Below are positions 24,541 through 35,982 of a stretch of DNA of 64,000 nt, one piece after another; the first letter of the stretch is position 1, and the number at the start of each line of letters is the position of its first letter. The translations under genes and the position numbers were made by a program. Under the pieces are notes generated by a model. That model ran no database searches and was not told the origin of the DNA. It saw only the letters and a list, made by a program, of their open reading frames with translations. The stretch is from an uncultured Gammaproteobacteria bacterium. GTDB taxonomy: Bacteria; Pseudomonadota; Gammaproteobacteria; UBA9214. The stretch spans positions 1-64,000 of the forward strand of contig CAVYZN010000006.1 in assembly GCA_963773065.1 (NCBI GenBank), given 5' to 3'.

Positions 24541-24662
24541 GAAGTGAGAAGTGAGAAGTGAGAAGTGAGAAGTGAGAAGTGAGAAGTGAGAAGTGAGAAG
24601 TGAGAAGTGAGAAGTGAGAAGTGAGAAGTGAGAAGTGAGAAGTGAGAAGTGAGAAGTGAGAA
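24523..24662 (+). repeat. Perfect tandem repeat (GTGAGAA)x20
   Basis: 140 bp, 20 exact heptamer copies; forms the left arm of an inverted element whose right arm is 24710-24751. Confidence 0.97.
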
Positions 24663-24748
24663 GCAGGATGATCGCCTGCTCCGGTCAGAAGTCAACTCTT
24701 ATCTTGTAACTTCTCACGTTTTACTTCTTACTTTTTTACTTCTCACTT

Positions 24749-26112
24749 TCATTTAGGCTTGATGTCGAACTTGCGCAGCAGGTCATACATGGTGGGGCGG
24801 CTGATGCCCAGCAGGTCCGCCGCCAGCGACACCTTGCCGCGCACATGGTTCAGGGCGCGCATGATCGCCATGGCGATCGGTGCGGTCACGAATCTCGCGC
24901 AGATTGAACGTCGCCAGTTCCTCCGGGCTGCTGCCGCCAAGTTCCAGGTCACGCGCGCCGATCTGCTGGTGTTCGGCCATGATCACGGCGCGTTTCACGC
25001 GGTTTTCGAGTTCCCGCACATTACCCGGCCAGGCATAGTTCTCGATGGCCGCCATGGCGTCCTTGCTGAACCGGTAGCCCTTCTTCCCCTGCTGCTTGCT
25101 GATCCGTTCCAGGAATACCCTGGCGAGCAGCAGCGCGTCCCCTTCCCGATCGCGCAGCGAGGGAATCGTGATCGATAACTCACTGATCCGGTAATAAAGG
25201 TCATCCCGGAATCCGCCGGAGCGGATCAGTTCATGCAGATCCTTGTGAGTGGCGCAGATCACGCGCACATCGACCGGAATCTCCTTGCGCCCGCCCACCC
25301 GCTCGACGACGCGCTCCTGCAGGAAACGCAGCAGCTTGGCCTGCAACGGCAAGGGCATATCGCCGACCTCATCCAGGAACAGGGCGCCGCCCGCAGGCCG
25401 TTTCGATCTTGCCCGGGGTCTGTTTGGCGGCGCCGGTGAACGCGCCCTTCTCATAGCCGAACAGCTCGCTCTCGAGCAGGGTCTCGGGGATGGCGGCGCA
25501 ATTGATGGCGACGAAACGCTTGTCCCGGCGGCTGCTCAGGCCATGCAGGGATCTCGCCAGCAGTTCCTTGCCGGTACCCGACTCGCCCAGCACCAGCACC
25601 GTGGCATCCGTCGGCGCGACCTTCTCCACCGTCCGGCACACCTGCAACATGGCATCACTGCCCGTAATGACGCCCTCGATGGGCGATTCCATCTGCTTGA
25701 TGCTCAGGCGGCGGTTTTCCTCTTCCAGCTGGTAGAGCTGATAGGCCCGGTTGACGATCAGCTCCAGCATATCGGCGTCAATCGGCTTGTAGAAGAAATC
25801 ATAGGCGCCCATGGCCACCGAGCGGGTTGCATGCTCCCGGTCATTGTTGCCGGTTACCACGATGACCTTGGTGTGGGGCGCCTTGAGGAGAATTTCCTCC
25901 AGCAGCCTAAACCCTTCACTGGTGCCGTCCGCATCCGGCGGCAAACCGAGGTCCAGGGTAACCACGGCGGGCAGGTGCCGCTCAATTTCGGCCAGCGCGG
26001 TTTCCCGGTCGCCGGCAATCAGGACTTCGTAGTTCTCGAAACACCAGCGCAACTGGGTCTGCAGCCCGGGGTCATCTTCAATGACCAGCAATTTCCTTGA
26101 AGTTGTTTCCAT
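24749..26112 (-). CDS. prsR: PEP-CTERM-box sigma54 response regulator (frameshifted)
   Basis: [55 protein letters not shown]-terminal Fis HTH. Confidence 0.9.
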
Positions 26113-28221
26113 CGAGAATATATATCGTGATTTTGCGAACTCAACTTTACGGCATTTTCATCGACATCGCTAATCGGCAAACGAACCCGGAAGGTGGTGC
26201 CTTGCCCGACCCGGCTGATGACCTCGATATCGCCGCCGAGCTTGTGGATGTAATCGCGGGACTCATACACACCGATCCCCATGCCGGACTTGCCCTTGGT
26301 ACTGTCAAACGGGCGGAACAGGCGCTCCTTGATGAATTCCTTGTCCATACCCGTTCCCGTGTCCTGGACCTCGACGATCGCGGAATCGGAACGGCGGAAC
26401 AGGCGAACGATGATCCGGCCATCATCGGGGGTCGCATCCTGGGCGTTGCGGATCAGATGGCCAATGATGGCTGCAAACCGGTCGCGGTCGGCTTGCAGCA
26501 TGATGTCTTCCGCCTGACAGTCCAGCGAGGGCACGGGTTTGCCGTTGGACATCGTCCTGACCACATCGCCAAGTACGGCGGAGAGATCGATATATTCCGC
26601 CTCCTGGGCCTGTATGGTATCGCTGCGCAGATGGGCCAGCAGCCGGTTCATTTTCTGGACGGAGTTGTCTACCGTGTTGATCGCATCCTCCATGAACGGG
26701 GATTGTTCCTGTGCTTGGCGGCATTGGTCACCACGAGTGACAGCTGCGCGATCAGATTCTTGAGGTCGTGCATGACGTAGGCGGTGAGGCGGTTGCAGGC
26801 CTCGAACTGCTGCGCCTCGGCCAGCGCACGCGAAGCCTCCAACTGCGCCAGGTGGACGGCCGCCTGCCGCCCGGCGGTTTTTATCAGGTCGGAGTCTTCC
26901 CAGTTGAAATGGAGCTGGGCGGGCGAACGCGCCAGGACAATGAACCCGATGAGGCGATCATGGACAATCAGCGGCACCACCAGCCAGGCGCGCGGCATCC
27001 GCTCCAGCCATTCGGGAATCGGCGATGTTGTTATAGAGTTCCGGATCACGCTCATACTCATCGAGATCAATCAGCCACTCGCGCGCCGCCATGAATTGCA
27101 TCAGTGGATGGTCTTTACGTATGGCGGCCTCGTCCGATAACCTCCATCTGCCAACTGGCAACCGGTACATACTGGTCCGTCATCTGGCGCATCCACAACG
27201 CACCGCCCGGGCTGTCGATGATCTCCGCCAGCGAATAGATGGCTCGTTCACGCAGCCGCTCATTCGGCTGTCCGGAAGAGAGTGTGTGGATAAAGCGCAG
27301 CCATTCGTCACGATAATCGTATTTATAGTGGAAGAAATGCTTGTTGATAAGCACCCTGAGATTGGCCCGCACCCGCCCCGAGAACAGCAACACCAGGAGC
27401 ACGAGCACGGCGCCGAACAGGAAGATGACCTGGACTACGGTACTCCACTCGCCGCCATAGCTGCGGATGTAGTACCCGCCCAGGCCCATGGCCAGCAGAT
27501 ACAGGCCGGTACCGAGCAAGGCCGTGGTGTGAAACACCATGCGGCGGGAAACGAAAATATCCAGCAAAAGCCGGGGGTCGCGCGCGACCGCAACCGCGAG
27601 CACCGGAACGGCCATTGCATTGACGAAGCCCCGCGCCTCCCAGAGGCTGGCATCCAGGTTCTGCAACAGCAACGCATTGGCGTAGAGATAGAAATCGTAG
27701 GCGAAAATGACGCCGAGACCGATGCACAGGTATTTGACGGCGCGGCGGGACTCGACGTGGGCATTGCGCATGATCTGCTCCACCATGACCAGTCCGGCAA
27801 TGGCCATGAGGAGAAATCCCGCATACAACAGGTCGATACCCAGAATATTGGTGGCATAGGGCCCCGCAAAGATCCGGTAGACCACCATCATGATCAGCAG
27901 CGCGGTATAACTTGCCACCATCGACGTCGATTTGTGAAAACGCCGGCTGGCCAGCTTGGTGTCGGTGACGGCTGACAACATCACGTAACCGAGAAACAGC
28001 AGCCAGGCAAAGCTGCGCAGCGGCTCGATGAGGTAGGAAAAGAAGGCCACGTCGTAATAAACCGAAAATGCCGACATGCCGAGCCAGACCGTGCTGGCAA
28101 TCGAGGCAAACTTGAGGGCATTTTTCCGCGACCGGCCCTGCTGACCCGTCAGCAGCACAAGCGATAGGACCAGAAACAGGAAGGCCCCGGTGGAGAAACT
28201 GATTACGCCGGTGTTAATCAC
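26019..28221 (-). CDS. prsK: PEP-CTERM system histidine kinase (frameshifted)
   Basis: Multi-TM N-terminus, [48 protein letters not shown]. Confidence 0.92.
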
Positions 28222-28239
28222 AAGATCCTACCACACCGC

Positions 28240-28531
28240 TGAGAGAGGTGAGGTGAGAAGTGAGAAGTAAGAGGTAAAGTGAGAAGTGAGAAGTGAGAAG
28301 TGAAATGCTAATGCGTGCAGCTGAAACTGGCTCCCAGTCCAATAAATTCTCGTGGATGCGGCAACACCAACCATTGACCTGCACTAAGCTCCAGCCATCA
28401 CTTCTCAAATATCACACATTCCGTAACCATCCCTGATTTCGTTATCCGGTGACCTGCCTGTCCACTCTTCACTTTCACTCCTCACTTCTCACTTCTCACT
28501 TCTTACTTCTCACTTCTCACGTATTCACTTC
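28240..28531. repeat. Inverted heptamer-array element with ~155-bp spacer
   Basis: GTGAGAA arm 28240-28305 and TTCTCAC arm 28462-28531, which abuts the TPR gene stop. Confidence 0.85.
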
Positions 28532-31021
28532 AACTCCGCCAGCGCCTTGCGGGCTTCGTCAACGCCGGTATAGTTGTACTTTTCACCCACCGCCTTTGAC
28601 AGGTAGTCCCGCGCGGCCTGTTTGTTCCCCTGCTTCAGGTAGGCCATACCCAGGTGATAGTTGAACACCGGCACGTCAGGCGCCTTCTCGACCACGCCGG
28701 TCAATACCTTTACCGCTTCGGTATACTCACCCAGCCGGTAGTGAACCCAGCCCAGCGTGTCCAGCAGGGCGGGCTGATCCGTGGCCGCCAGCTTGTCGGC
28801 CAGTTCCTTTGCCTTCTTCAGGCTCTGCTCGTCGTCGCGGTGGTCCGCCAGCAAGGCGGCCAGGTTGTTGATCGCGAGTACATTGCCCGGGCTCTTCTCC
28901 AGGAACTGCTCATAGGTCGAGATGGCCTCATCATAGCGTCCTTGCTGCTCGCGTATTTGCGCATAACCCAGCACATAACGGGGATTATCCGGCGAACTGA
29001 CCACGCCCTTCTGGAGGATCTCCGCCGCCTTGGCGAGATCACCCTGGCCGGCGGACAGACCAGCCAGGCCCAGCGTCAGGCGCTCATCATTCGGCAACAC
29101 GGCAAGGCCGTCCTTGTAAGCCTGCTCGGCGCCCGGCCGTGTTACCCGCCTGAGCCCTTGCCTGCGCAAGCTGGACGTAAACGACGCTGCTGTTCGGATT
29201 GACTCCCAGTTGTTTGCTGAATTCGGCCTCGGCCAGGGAATATTCCTTCTTGGCCATGTAGGCCACGCCCAGCAGATCATGTGCGGCCTTGTGCGCGGGA
29301 TCTTTTTCGAGAATCGCCTTGAGTCGTGCAACCGCCGCATCGGCATTACCCATGGCGATTTGCGTATTGACCAGTTCGGTCAGCGTCAGGATGGAATCAG
29401 GTTCACGCGCAAGGGCCTCTTCAAACGCGGCCAACGCCTCGGCATATTTCTTCTGCTCTTTATACAATCGTCCCTTGCCAAAGGCCCCGATGCCGGTCTC
29501 GGGGGATGCCTGTTCGAGCTTCGTCAGCACCTCCTCGACTTCGGCCGCATGCCCCTGCCGGGCCAGGATCTCCGCCTTGGCCCGGAGTGCAGGCACGGAG
29601 GCGGGATTCGCCGTCAGTATCGTTTCGATCTGCTCCAGCGCCGCTTCCATTGCCCCGGTATTGGCGAGGTACTGCGCCAGACGCAGGCGGGTATCCACAT
29701 CCCCCGGCTTGACCTCGACGGCCTTGGAAAGGGTCTCCAGCGCCAGTTCCTTCTGGCCACTGGCATCGTGGGCCGCCGCCAGCAGGGTCAGCACCTCGAC
29801 CGAATCCGGCTGATCCTTCAGCACCGCGCGGAAGGCCGCCACGGCGCCCGCATAGTCCTTCTCCTGCATGGCGACACGGCCCTGCAGGGACAGAGCCTGA
29901 GTGTCCTTCGGATTTTCCTTCAACACCTCCGCGATCAGCGTCTTGGCCTCGTCCGGCTTGCCCTGCTGCAGTTTCAGGGCCGCCTGGGCATCCCTGGCCT
30001 TAAGTCCATCAGGCTCCATGCCCTGCTTCTCGATGATGCGCCGGTAAACGTCTTCCGCCTTGTCCTGCTGTTCCGACTGGAGGAACAGACGGGCCAGGGC
30101 AAATTGCAGTTCGGTCAGTTTGGGTTTGGCCGCAATCGCCGTCTCGAGTTCGGCGATCGCTTTTTCCTTGCCGACTTTGTTGGTAAAGAAATCAGCCAAC
30201 AGCAGGTAGCGTTGTGCGTCCTCGGGATCCGCCGCGATGGCGGCGCGCAAGACCGCCTCGGCCTTTTCCGCCTGGTCAGTCTGCGCGTAGTAGGAAGCCA
30301 GGGTTACGCGGTATCTCAATTCGTCCGGATGGCTGCTGACGAGACCCGTCATGATCGCTTCGGCCTTGGCGTTATCCTTGCGCTGCAGGTAGGTCTGGGC
30401 GAGCCGCAGCTTCAACGCGACATCGTCGGGATTCGCCGTGACAGCCGCCTCGAGCAAACGGACGGCGTCATCCGCTTTGTCCTGTTTTTCATATATGGCC
30501 GCGAGCAGCATCGACGCGCCGGCATGGCCGGTGTTTGCCTTCAGCACCTGCTGCAGCAGGGTAGCGGCTTCATCCAGCTTTTCCTGCCGCGCCAGGAGCG
30601 AGGCGCGTAACACCTGAGCATCCGCATTGGCGGGCTCACGCTTGAGAACCTCGTCCACCTGCTCGGCGGATTTATCCAGATCGCCGGCCAGCAGGTAGAA
30701 GCGGCCCAGGTGGATACGGGCGTCGATCAGCTCGGGATCCAGTTCCACCGCCTTGCTGTAAAAGCCGAAGGCCTGGCGCAAATCCTGGCCCTGCTCGGCA
30801 ATCCGTCCCAGGTAGTAATACGGCGCCGCCGTCTTGGGGTCGATCTGGAGGACATTCTTGAATTCCACGGCGGCTTTTTCGTAATTTTCCTCCGCGAAAA
30901 AAGTCTTGCCGCGTTCGAGGTATTTTGCCTTGCGTTCCTCGGCGCCACCGCAACCGGCCACTATGGCGGCTATCAGTAGAACAACCGCCGGTAAGCTGAG
31001 ATTCTTGTTGAGAACGGACAT
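28525..31021 (-). CDS. TPR-repeat lipoprotein, PrsT-like (frameshift ~29130)
   Basis: Lipobox IVAGC, many TPR repeats (EFKNVLQIDP), C-terminal NNLA..LDTLGWVHY..YHLG; directly upstream of prsK. Confidence 0.85.
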
Positions 31022-31134
31022 TACCTACTCCCAGTTAATGCGCCTCGTTCGAGGCCCAGACACCCATTAGATTATTAACTTTAACCCATTGATTCTGAAA
31101 ACGGTAGGAGGCGAAGGACTGCGGTAAACATTAA

Positions 31135-31301
31135 ATAGCCACGGAATCACACGGAACTACACGGAAGTGCGAAATCAAACTCAGACGCTCAGTTTAAAAC
31201 CGCCACTTCCTCGTTTAGCGCACTCGTGCCCGAGCGGTTTTTCACCCCTCACTTCTTACTTCTCACTTTTTCCGTGTATTTCCGTGTGCTTCCGTGGCCA
31301 T
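31135..31301. repeat. ATRGCCACGG-capped inverted element
   Basis: ATAGCCACGGAATCACACGGAACTACACGGAA ... CTCACTTCTTACTTCTCAC TTTTTCCGTGTATTTCCGTGTGCTTCCGTGGCCAT. Confidence 0.82.
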
Positions 31302-31318
31302 CCGTCTTTTTGGAACCC

Positions 31319-32248
31319 TCACGCCACATGTTCCAGGAACCACTCATACGTCGTCCTTACTCCCGCTTCCAGGGGAATCGCGGCGCGCCAGCCCAGACCA
31401 TTGATTCGGGACACATCCACCAGCTTGCGCGGCGTACCGTCCGGCTTGCCGGGGTCGTAGACAATTTTCCCGGTAAAACCCACAACTCTGCTTATTAATT
31501 CAGCGAGTTCGGCGATCGACAGATCCTCGCCCACCCCGATATTCACTATCTCCTCGCCGTCATAGTTTTGCATGAGAAACAGACAGGCCGCCGCGCAATC
31601 ATCCACGTGCAGGAACTCGCGCAAGGGCGTGCCGGTCCCCCAGACCGTTACCGTCGGCGCCCGGCTTATCCTGGCCTCATGGAACTTGCGGATCAGGGCC
31701 GGCATGACATGCGAGGATTCCAGATCAAAGTTGTCTTCCGGTCCGTAGAGATTGGTCGGCATGGCCGAGATGAACCTGGCGCCGTATTGCCGCCGGCAGG
31801 CCTGGCACAGCTTGATGCCGGCGATTTTCGCCACCGCGTACCACTCGTTGGTCGTCTCCAGCGGCCCGGTCAGGAGATACTCCTCCTTCAACGGCTGCGG
31901 CGCCATCTTGGGGTAGATGCAGGTGCTGCCCAGAAACAGCAGTTTCTTCACCCCGGACTGCCTGGCCGATTCAATGACGTTCGCCTCGATCATCAGGTTC
32001 TGGTAAAGGAAGTCCGCCGGGTAGGTATTGTTCGCCAGGATCCCACCCACCCGGGCCGCCGCCAGGAACACATACTCCGGCCGCTCCCGGTCGAAAAATT
32101 CCCTGACCGCCGCCTGCTCGCGCAGATCGACCTCCCTGCTGGTCGCGGTCACCAGATTGTCATACCCCTCCTGCCGCAGCCGCCGGACGATGGCCGACCC
32201 CACCAGACCACGGTGACCCGCAATGTATATCTTTGAATTTTTATCCAT
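31319..32248 (-). CDS. fcl: GDP-L-fucose synthase
   Basis: IYIAGHRGLVGSA, LAAARVGGI, LGSTCIYPK, MPTNLYGP, PDGTPRK. Confidence 0.96.
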   Translation of the reverse strand: MDKNSKIYIAGHRGLVGSAIVRRLRQEGYDNLVTATSREVDLREQAAVREFFDRERPEYVFLAAARVGGILANNTYPADFLYQNLMIEANVIESARQSGVKKLLFLGSTCIYPKMAPQPLKEEYLLTGPLETTNEWYAVAKIAGIKLCQACRRQYGARFISAMPTNLYGPEDNFDLESSHVMPALIRKFHEARISRAPTVTVWGTGTPLREFLHVDDCAAACLFLMQNYDGEEIVNIGVGEDLSIAELAELISRVVGFTGKIVYDPGKPDGTPRKLVDVSRINGLGWRAAIPLEAGVRTTYEWFLEHVA

Positions 32249-32250
32249 GT

Positions 32251-32291
32251 TGAATAAGTGAGAAGTAAGAAGTAAAAAGTGAAAAACGTGA
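32251..32291. repeat. Heptamer arm (left) bracketing the four-helix-bundle gene
   Basis: GTGAGAA GTAAGAA GTAAAAA GTGAAAA immediately adjacent to the fcl start codon. Confidence 0.8.
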
Positions 32292-32342
32292 TGGTCTGAT
32301 GATTGACAATTTTTCGGTAATTAATGAAGTGTGAACACAGGC

Positions 32343-32693
32343 TTATTCAATTCCCCTGGATACTTGTTGCCTTAATCCAATGATCAATGCTCTCACATGA
32401 TTGATGAAGGACAATAAATCCGTTACTTCTGCATACCTGAGTCTTGAAGCTATAATCAGTTGTGTTTCCAACTCCGCCAATGACCCCAGAGATATGCCTA
32501 GAAAATTACAGAACTCCTTCTTTCCATTTCTGGCAGCACCTTCACTCAAATTGCTTGGCACCGATACAGCAGCCCGGCGAACTTGAGATGTCAATCCGTA
32601 TAATTCATTCCCCGGAAACCCTGCACTCACTTTATAGACTTCTTCAACCAACAGTATTGCCTGTTTCCAGGCTTGCAGATCCTTGTGATTCAT
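32343..32693 (-). CDS. Four-helix-bundle protein (23S rRNA IVP / Avd-like, TIGR02436-type)
   Basis: HKDLQAWK..YKVSAGFP..ELYGLTSQVRRAAVSVPSNLSEGAAR..EF..FL.IS.GSLAELETQL; RBS GGAGGGG; AT-richer than its neighbours. Confidence 0.93.
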   Translation of the reverse strand: MNHKDLQAWKQAILLVEEVYKVSAGFPGNELYGLTSQVRRAAVSVPSNLSEGAARNGKKEFCNFLGISLGSLAELETQLIIASRLRYAEVTDLLSFINHVRALIIGLRQQVSRGIE

Positions 32694-32730
32694 AACCCCT
32701 CCCTGGGTTCACGTTTCACCTGCCACATCA

Positions 32731-32797
32731 TTACTCCTCACTCCTCACTTCTCACTTCTACTTCTCACTTCTTACTTCTTACTTTTTATTCTTACTC
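32731..32797. repeat. Heptamer arm (right) bracketing the four-helix-bundle gene
   Basis: About nine TCCTCAC/TTCTCAC/TTCTTAC units, containing the gmd stop codon. Confidence 0.85.
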
Positions 32798-33898
32798 ATG
32801 ATAATCAAACGTCCTGTAGCCTTCGCGCTTGCACAACTCATCCCGCTCGGCGATCTTGAGATCCTCGCGCACCATCTCCGAGACCATGTCATGCAGCGAA
32901 ATCTCGGCCTGCCAGCCCAGCTTATGCTTTGCTTTCGAAGGATCACCCAGCAGGGTTTCCACCTCCGTCGGACGGAAATAGCGTGAATCCACCTCCACCA
33001 GGACGCGGCCGGTCTCGACGTCGATACCTTTTTCAGCCACCCCGGCGCCTTCCCAGATGATGGATATGCCGACCTCCGACAACGCCGCCTCGACAAACTG
33101 GCGCACCGAATACTGCCTGCCGGTAGCGATCACGAAATCATCCGGTTCAGCCTGTTGCAACATCAGCCACTGCGCCTTCACATAGTCCTTCGCATGGCCC
33201 CAGTCACGCCTTGAATCCAGATTGCCGAGGAAGAGCTTGTCCTGCAGGCCGAGCTTGATGCGCGCCACCGCCCGGGTGATCTTGCGCGTCACGAAGGTCT
33301 CGCCGCGGATCGGGGACTCGTGGTTGAACAGAATGCCGTTGCAGGCATAGATGCCGTAAGCCTCGCGGTAATTGACACAGATCCAGTAGGAATAAACCTT
33401 GGCCGCCGCATAGGGGCTTCTGGGATAGAACGGCGTGGTTTCCTTCTGGGGAACCTCCTGCACCTTGCCGAACATCTCGCTGGTGGAGGCCTGGTAGAAG
33501 CGCGTCTTTTTCTCCAGCCCGAGGATGCGGATCGCCTCCAGCAGCCGCAGCGTGCCCAGGGCGTCGGCATTCGCGGTGTATTCAGCGGTTTCGAAGGAGA
33601 CCGCCACATGGCTTTGGGCCGCGAGGTTATAGATCTCGTCCGGCTGCACCTGCTGAATGATGCGTATCAGGTTGGTGGCATCGGTCAGGTCGCCGTAGTG
33701 CAGTACAAAGCGCTGGTCGGGGTCGTGCGGGTCGCGGTAAAGATGGTCGATGCGGTCCGTGTTGAACGAGGAAGCCCGGCGCTTGATGCCGTGGACGCTA
33801 TAGCCCTTGTTAAGCAGCAGTTCCGCCAGATAGGCGCCATCCTGACCGGTGATACCGGTTATCAGGGCCACTTTCGCGGGGTTGGATCGTTTGCTCAT
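32792..33898 (-). CDS. gmd: GDP-mannose 4,6-dehydratase
   Basis: [51 protein letters not shown]. Confidence 0.97.
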   Translation of the reverse strand: MSKRSNPAKVALITGITGQDGAYLAELLLNKGYSVHGIKRRASSFNTDRIDHLYRDPHDPDQRFVLHYGDLTDATNLIRIIQQVQPDEIYNLAAQSHVAVSFETAEYTANADALGTLRLLEAIRILGLEKKTRFYQASTSEMFGKVQEVPQKETTPFYPRSPYAAAKVYSYWICVNYREAYGIYACNGILFNHESPIRGETFVTRKITRAVARIKLGLQDKLFLGNLDSRRDWGHAKDYVKAQWLMLQQAEPDDFVIATGRQYSVRQFVEAALSEVGISIIWEGAGVAEKGIDVETGRVLVEVDSRYFRPTEVETLLGDPSKAKHKLGWQAEISLHDMVSEMVREDLKIAERDELCKREGYRTFDYHE

Positions 33899-33964
33899 AA
33901 GCTCATTCCATCAGTATTGGAAACAAGAGGGTGTCCGAAATCATGCAAACCCGGCCATGCACCA

Positions 33965-34038
33965 GATGTAGGGTGCGCCGTGCGCACCATTTGTCTCGTA
34001 ACAACCCCTGCTACGGTACGCACGGCGCACCCTACATC
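33965..34038. repeat. GTAG-family REP doublet (REPIN-like)
   Basis: GTAGGGTGCGCCGTGCGCACC ... GGTACGCACGGCGCACCCTAC inverted pair. Confidence 0.85.
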
Positions 34039-34059
34039 GATACAAACTCTTTCAGGAGT

Positions 34060-35790
34060 TCACACAAAATTTTCGGTCATCCCGCGCATACCAATCACCA
34101 GCAGTGAGAACAATACCGAAACGGTGAAGAAATTCCAGCGATGATTCATCCTGCTCAGAATCAACTCAGCCCCATAAAACAGGATGATGGTCTTCAGGGC
34201 AACCGCAGTCATGCTTGCATCCACCATACCATTATTGGCCAATACGGCAAGCGCCAGCACCGCCAGTACAATCAGGAAATCCATCGGCGTGACATTGAAA
34301 CTCCCTCCATCGGCATAGCGGATGGACAGGGCGATGCCCGTCAGGAACACTCCAAAAAAGGCGTAGGTGACCGGATCACTCCCGGTCAAATAGACCGGCT
34401 GGTAGGTATTCGTCAGGTACACGATAAAAACGATTGCGACATAGACGAGCAGGCGCAGCGGCAGAAACGGTAGTTGAAATCCGGCCAGCAGACGCACGAG
34501 CAACAGGACAAACAGGGCCGTGGCAGTCAGGGTGAAATCACGCGGAATACTGGTGGCGATGAAAGCCCCCGCCACCATGAACATCGAGATGCTAGCGAAC
34601 ACCAGGCCATAGGCCACGGACAGCAAGCGGGGGCTGTGTCTGGCTGAATGTAAAAAACCCTCCAGGGAAGCCTTTTCATCCTCCTTGCGAATACGCCAGC
34701 CGCTACGCTCGGCCGCAAAAAGAAAACTGAATACGGCTGCCACCACAACAGCATAGATTCCCAGTATCAGAGCATCCGATTCATACGGCATGAGCACCGC
34801 ACAGAATACCAGCAGCGCCTGCACCGAATAGACCACCACCACGGATTCGTAGTGCTGGAACCCGAGATCCAGCAGACGATGATGAATGTGGTTCTTGGTC
34901 GCCCGGAACCAGTTCATTCTGTGGTATATCCGCTGCGCGAAGACGGCGATGATATCCGCGATCGGCAGACCCAGCAGGAGCGCGGGCAATGCCGGGCTCA
35001 GCGCGGGGTTGACCTGCTGCGTCAGCAACACGGCCAGGAACCCGAGCGTATAGCCCAGAAACTGGCTGCCCCCATCCCCCATGAAAATCCGCGCGGGATG
35101 GGTGTTGAATCGCATGAATCCGAACAGACCGCCGATCGTGGTAAGCGCCATCATGGTGACCGTCGTCCCGCCGGCGAGATAGGAAAGATAGACGATACCC
35201 CCGAGACTCAGCATCGACTCGCCACCCGCCAGGCCATCCAGCCCGTCGGAGTGATTGATGGCATTGATCATGCCAACCATCGCGAAAACCGTAAAGGGCC
35301 GACCGATTGATCCGGATACCGGCTCACCCCCCATGAACGGCAGATGGGTAATGAATACGTCACCGTAGTAAACGACCGCGAGCACGGCGATAAACTGGCC
35401 GATGAACTTCACGTAATGGCCCTGTTCCCTGCAGTCATCCATGACACCGAACCCGAACAACACCAACGCGCCGAATATATAGGCTTGCAGTGACTGGTCA
35501 AGCGGCAACAGCAGAACAACGGGCAGTAGCGTACCGAGCACGATGCCCACGCCACCGACGCGGGGGATCGGAATCGCATGCACCTTGCGCAAGTCCGGCT
35601 TGTCCATCATCCCGAGCCTGGGAGCAAGGCGTACCATGATGGGTATCACCACCATGCTGATCGCCAGCGCGACCATCAGCGGCAGGATCAGGGTCAGCGG
35701 ACTTCCGCTGACAACCGACGTTGCACCGGCCAGATCGTCCAGATGAAGGTCGATGACGGGTTCGTTTAATTGATCAATCACGGAGAACAT
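34060..35790 (-). CDS. MraY/WecA-family polyprenyl-phosphate sugar-1-phosphate transferase with C-terminal membrane extension
   Basis: DKPDLRKVH..IPRVGG, GVMDD, INAINHSDGLDGLA, IFMGDGGSQ, HIHHRL. Confidence 0.88.
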   Translation of the reverse strand: MFSVIDQLNEPVIDLHLDDLAGATSVVSGSPLTLILPLMVALAISMVVIPIMVRLAPRLGMMDKPDLRKVHAIPIPRVGGVGIVLGTLLPVVLLLPLDQSLQAYIFGALVLFGFGVMDDCREQGHYVKFIGQFIAVLAVVYYGDVFITHLPFMGGEPVSGSIGRPFTVFAMVGMINAINHSDGLDGLAGGESMLSLGGIVYLSYLAGGTTVTMMALTTIGGLFGFMRFNTHPARIFMGDGGSQFLGYTLGFLAVLLTQQVNPALSPALPALLLGLPIADIIAVFAQRIYHRMNWFRATKNHIHHRLLDLGFQHYESVVVVYSVQALLVFCAVLMPYESDALILGIYAVVVAAVFSFLFAAERSGWRIRKEDEKASLEGFLHSARHSPRLLSVAYGLVFASISMFMVAGAFIATSIPRDFTLTATALFVLLLVRLLAGFQLPFLPLRLLVYVAIVFIVYLTNTYQPVYLTGSDPVTYAFFGVFLTGIALSIRYADGGSFNVTPMDFLIVLAVLALAVLANNGMVDASMTAVALKTIILFYGAELILSRMNHRWNFFTVSVLFSLLVIGMRGMTENFV

Positions 35791-35804
35791 CAATTGAGCC
35801 TGTT

Positions 35805-35825
35805 GTAGGGTGCGCCATGCGCACC
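35805..35825. repeat. GTAG-family REP, single copy
   Basis: GTAGGGTGCGCCATGCGCACC, one mismatch to the 33968 copy. Confidence 0.75.
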
Positions 35826-35982
35826 GTCTGGTGCCCGCAACCGTTTCCATGCTGCTGCGATGATGCATCAATATTTATAAGGCAAGCGCCTATTACATCA
35901 CCCTTTGCGCAGAGAAGATTCGGATTAAGGAACAAAAAAGGCAATCCAGCCATTCGATACCCTGTAGCCTCCCGTCACCTGG

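Noticed and set aside
24523-24662. Possible CRISPR array
   Set aside because: Pure 7-bp tandem repeat with no spacers and no cas genes.
24471-24695. ORFs encoding LLTSHFS repeats (also near 14623, 15766, 28449)
   Set aside because: These are translations of the stop-free pyrimidine heptamer strand; no RBS or coding evidence.
32343-32693. Diversity-generating retroelement suggested by the Avd-like gene
   Set aside because: No reverse transcriptase and no TR/VR pair with adenine-specific mismatches seen in the window.
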